Shown here: in pieces, positions 61,645 through 64,000 of the stretch | Layout: each line of letters starts with the position of its first letter | Position numbering within the stretch: the first letter of the stretch is position 1 | Origin: a virus | Virus record (IMG/VR): IMGVR_UViG_3300005758_000578 | Span: 48,049-112,048 of that record | Direction: 5' to 3' (one strand) | DNA: 64,000 nt | The notes under the pieces: model-generated | Told to the model about the DNA's origin: nothing | The model's input: only the letters and a program-made list of their open reading frames with translations | Databases searched by the model: none | Translations under genes and position numbers: made by a program

Positions 61645-61966
61645 ACTCTTCTTTCATTTTAACCTCTAAACCTTGCATCTTCTCTAACTTATCTACTGTA
61701 CCCTTGTATACATGATACCTAGAAAACACCAGATTCTCCCGGTTTTGTAAATACTCAGAATATCTCCGGATATTAGTCTGGAGAATATCCCACTTAATAT
61801 TAAACGTACCAAGACCATCTATAAACACATGGGGATCCTCTAAAGAGGAGAGAGACTTCCTGGCTTTATCCCAGTAAAAGTCCATCACCGCTTTAACAAC
61901 CTTCTGTTCCATGTCTAACTCTACAGATGTCTCTTTTAAAATATCTTTATACTTCTTCGGATTCAA
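61583..61966 (-). CDS. HU/IHF-like DNA-binding protein
   Basis: Two helices then VFIDGLGTFNI. Confidence 0.65.
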   Translation of the reverse strand: MNPKKYKDILKETSVELDMEQKVVKAVMDFYWDKARKSLSSLEDPHVFIDGLGTFNIKWDILQTNIRRYSEYLQNRENLVFSRYHVYKGTVDKLEKMQGLEVKMKEEYEKKKDHRKNKKQQTDNSVE

Positions 61967-62315
61967 GACTTACAAATTTATAATCCAATAACACATTACC
62001 CTTTGCTTGCACATTAAGGTTAGGTGACAACCTAATCATCTTCCTACCCTTACCATTCTTCTCAATCATTCCCTTACGCTCAAACTTAATAACAGCATTC
62101 CGTACAGACTGGGGGGTCTTAAAAACCCCCTCATCTGATGCATTGTTACAAAACTCTGTAAGTTCAATTTCTCCGTTAAATGCAAGCATAGTAAGACAAT
62201 CAAGATCAGCGTTACTAACATTGATCTTCTCCAAATAACAATGAGTGAGGAGCTGATACTTTACAATATCCCCCTTACTCATCTTAACCTTCTTACTAAC
62301 TTGATTTACAATCAT
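61947..62315 (-). CDS. Putative winged-HTH protein
   Basis: TPQSVRNAVIKFERKGMIEK wHTH-like pattern. Confidence 0.55.
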   Translation of the reverse strand: MIVNQVSKKVKMSKGDIVKYQLLTHCYLEKINVSNADLDCLTMLAFNGEIELTEFCNNASDEGVFKTPQSVRNAVIKFERKGMIEKNGKGRKMIRLSPNLNVQAKGNVLLDYKFVSLESEEV

Positions 62316-62548
62316 GACCTCTTAAGTGTTCTAGGTTTTTCTTCCTCCTCTTCAGGTTCATCAGCCAACATGTTAGCAACCATTACCTGGTACTGCAACC
62401 GCTTAGCTCTCTGTTCCTCAATCTGAGTAACCAAACTCTCATACTCTAACTGTACAGTTAAAAACTCTACTTGTTCAGTGTAGTACTGAACCAACTTTTC
62501 TTTGCGCTCTTTTACCTCTTCAGGTGTAAGCTCTTTATTTTCTTCCAT
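62312..62548 (-). CDS. Small coiled-coil protein
   Basis: Likely ATG at 62548 (MEENKELT...). Confidence 0.55.
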   Translation of the reverse strand: MEENKELTPEEVKERKEKLVQYYTEQVEFLTVQLEYESLVTQIEEQRAKRLQYQVMVANMLADEPEEEEEKPRTLKRS

Positions 62549-62553
62549 GATAA

Positions 62554-62694
62554 TTAAATTTCCCAATATACAAACACTAGATCATTACAGTCACAAGGGT
62601 CCATAGGATCCATAGGTCTACCACACCTAATACACGTGGTACTAGTTACCTTAACCGTACTGTCTTTGCTGTCTTTAACTTCTTCATCCTCCAT
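62554..62694 (-). CDS. Small Cys-containing protein (46 aa)
   Basis: Not in the track: MEDEEVKDSKDSTVKVTSTTCIRCGRPMDPMDPCDCNDLVFVYWEI*. Confidence 0.4.
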   Translation of the reverse strand: MEDEEVKDSKDSTVKVTSTTCIRCGRPMDPMDPCDCNDLVFVYWEI

Positions 62695-62892
62695 AATATA
62701 CAAGTTTACACATTATATATTTACCCCCACTAACATTTTATAAACAACTATCCCCCCGTACATGGGGTTCACTCTAACACCCCCTACCACGTATATGGGG
62801 ATTGTTTTATATATGGGGGTGTGGGTGACCCTCCCCCAGCGCACCCCAGGCTACCAGAAAAGAAGGGGCTACCCCCGCAGGCTGGCATATGG

Positions 62893-63133
62893 GGGCTACT
62901 CTTGTTTACTCTTTGTTTAATATGCATATGCATATTATAATATTTATTTTATCTAACCAATAGAGTATTACCATACTCTATTATTTATCTAAATTAAACA
63001 AAAGGAACAAGTGTTGTTTCATCCCTCATTCTTGCTAGCAGAATGTTGGATGTGCACACACACCCGTAACCCCCCCTACGGGTGGTTCCTTTTGTTTTAC
63101 AAAAGAGGGCTACTCTTTATTACTCTTTGTTTA
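62893..63133 (+). repeat. 27-bp direct repeat, two copies
   Basis: GGGCTACTCTTGTTTACTCTTTGTTTA (62893-62919) and GGGCTACTCTTTATTACTCTTTGTTTA (63107-63133). Confidence 0.85.
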
Positions 63134-63169
63134 GTGAAAATTTCACATTAACACTAATAATTTACAATT

Positions 63170-63655
63170 ATGAGCATTAAAGCAAAATTTGCACGCACTT
63201 ATCGTGCTACCAAAGGCCTCCAAAAAGGCAAACTCGTTAGAGTTTACCTTGTTTCCGCTTCAACTGATGAAGAACTTCAACAGTATGAAGAATCACAGGG
63301 TGATTACCTTCAGCACGATGAAGACACGGGAAAGCCCTTGTGGAAAACCACAGACGCTTTCATCCCATCAGTAGTTACACTTGAGTGGAACTATGATGGC
63401 AGCCGTGTGTACGCCAAGTTTGACACTGTGGCCAAAATGCAATCTGCGATTGACAGTTTAGGCACAGGTCTCTTGGCTCAGGCTACTGCACAGTTAGCTG
63501 CACAGCAGTTGATGGCATCCCTTGGATTGTCAACTACTGTTGCTGCACCTGCACAGCAACCTGCCGTGCCACAGCAAGCAGAATCTTCTGCGGTTACACC
63601 ACAGGAAGAACCTGTTGCTGAAAGTGAAACACCATTCACCGAAGAAGGTGAATAA
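63170..63655 (+). CDS. Hypothetical protein, first gene of the opposite-strand arm (possibly SSB-like)
   Basis: Biased codons, beta-rich N-terminus, Ala/Gln linker and acidic tail; followed by a terminator. Confidence 0.6.
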   Translation: MSIKAKFARTYRATKGLQKGKLVRVYLVSASTDEELQQYEESQGDYLQHDEDTGKPLWKTTDAFIPSVVTLEWNYDGSRVYAKFDTVAKMQSAIDSLGTGLLAQATAQLAAQQLMASLGLSTTVAAPAQQPAVPQQAESSAVTPQEEPVAESETPFTEEGE

Positions 63656-63666
63656 TGTTCCACCAC

Positions 63667-63700
63667 AAAAGAGATAGGGTCAAACCTATCTCTTTTTTTT
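63667..63700 (+). terminator. Intrinsic terminator
   Basis: AAAAGAGATAGG-GTCAAA-CCTATCTCTTTT followed by a T-run. Confidence 0.85.
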
Positions 63701-64000
63701 CTTTTAGTAGCCCTACAGAACTACATTAATACTTCTATGAACGGAGGAATATGTATGACTACTTACACCAAATAACCTCTAAATGATGAATTACTTTAGT
63801 ACTTTTGGTCTCAACACGGGAAATCGTGAGACAACACTAAAGAAATTTATAATTATGTGGGGGTGTGAGAGAGGATGACAGACAAACTTCACCACAAAAC
63901 TACCTATGGTAGAAAGTGGTAAGAAGTGGGATTAGGTGGGACACGTTGAGCCATTATATGGCTAACACATTGATTAGAACAGATATGGAAAAGAAAATTG

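Noticed and set aside
1-64000. Stop-codon reassignment as in some crAss-like phages
   Set aside because: Long genes are intact under code 11; TAG (31400) and TGA (57599) act as stops.
63700-64000. tRNA or other ncRNA in the right-end non-coding stretch
   Set aside because: No cloverleaf or T-arm consensus recognised, and no convincing ORF.

Overview
Structural (late) half of a crAss-like (Crassvirales-type) podophage, probably infecting an environmental Bacteroidota host (A-rich leaders without SD sequences, TAnnTTTG-like boxes). It uses the standard genetic code. Almost all genes are on the minus strand. Right to left: small DNA-binding and nuclease genes, terminase large subunit, portal (followed by a GIY-YIG homing endonuclease), acidic scaffold-like protein, major capsid protein, an inserted block with two DUF285/BspA-like repeat proteins, ring/auxiliary capsid/Cys-rich tail and fibre genes, a GT9-like glycosyltransferase, a metallophosphoesterase, ring and muzzle proteins, three proteins divided into modules by x-x-x-G-G motifs, two large cargo proteins, and a virion RNA polymerase of at least 2794 aa (DFDIDK motif plus HExxH zincin). 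The polymerase runs off the left edge and is missing from the ORF track. A divergent, structured control region lies at ~62.7-63.2 kb. The most interesting signal is a putative GG-delimited polyprotein system (more than 25 sites in four ORFs) whose modules resemble stand-alone proteins of other viruses. Other highlights are a candidate sRNA complementary to AAACCAA leader motifs, an 8-copy late-promoter motif, and an orphaned portal C-terminus left by homing endonuclease invasion. Family assignments come from motif recognition and synteny, not database searches.
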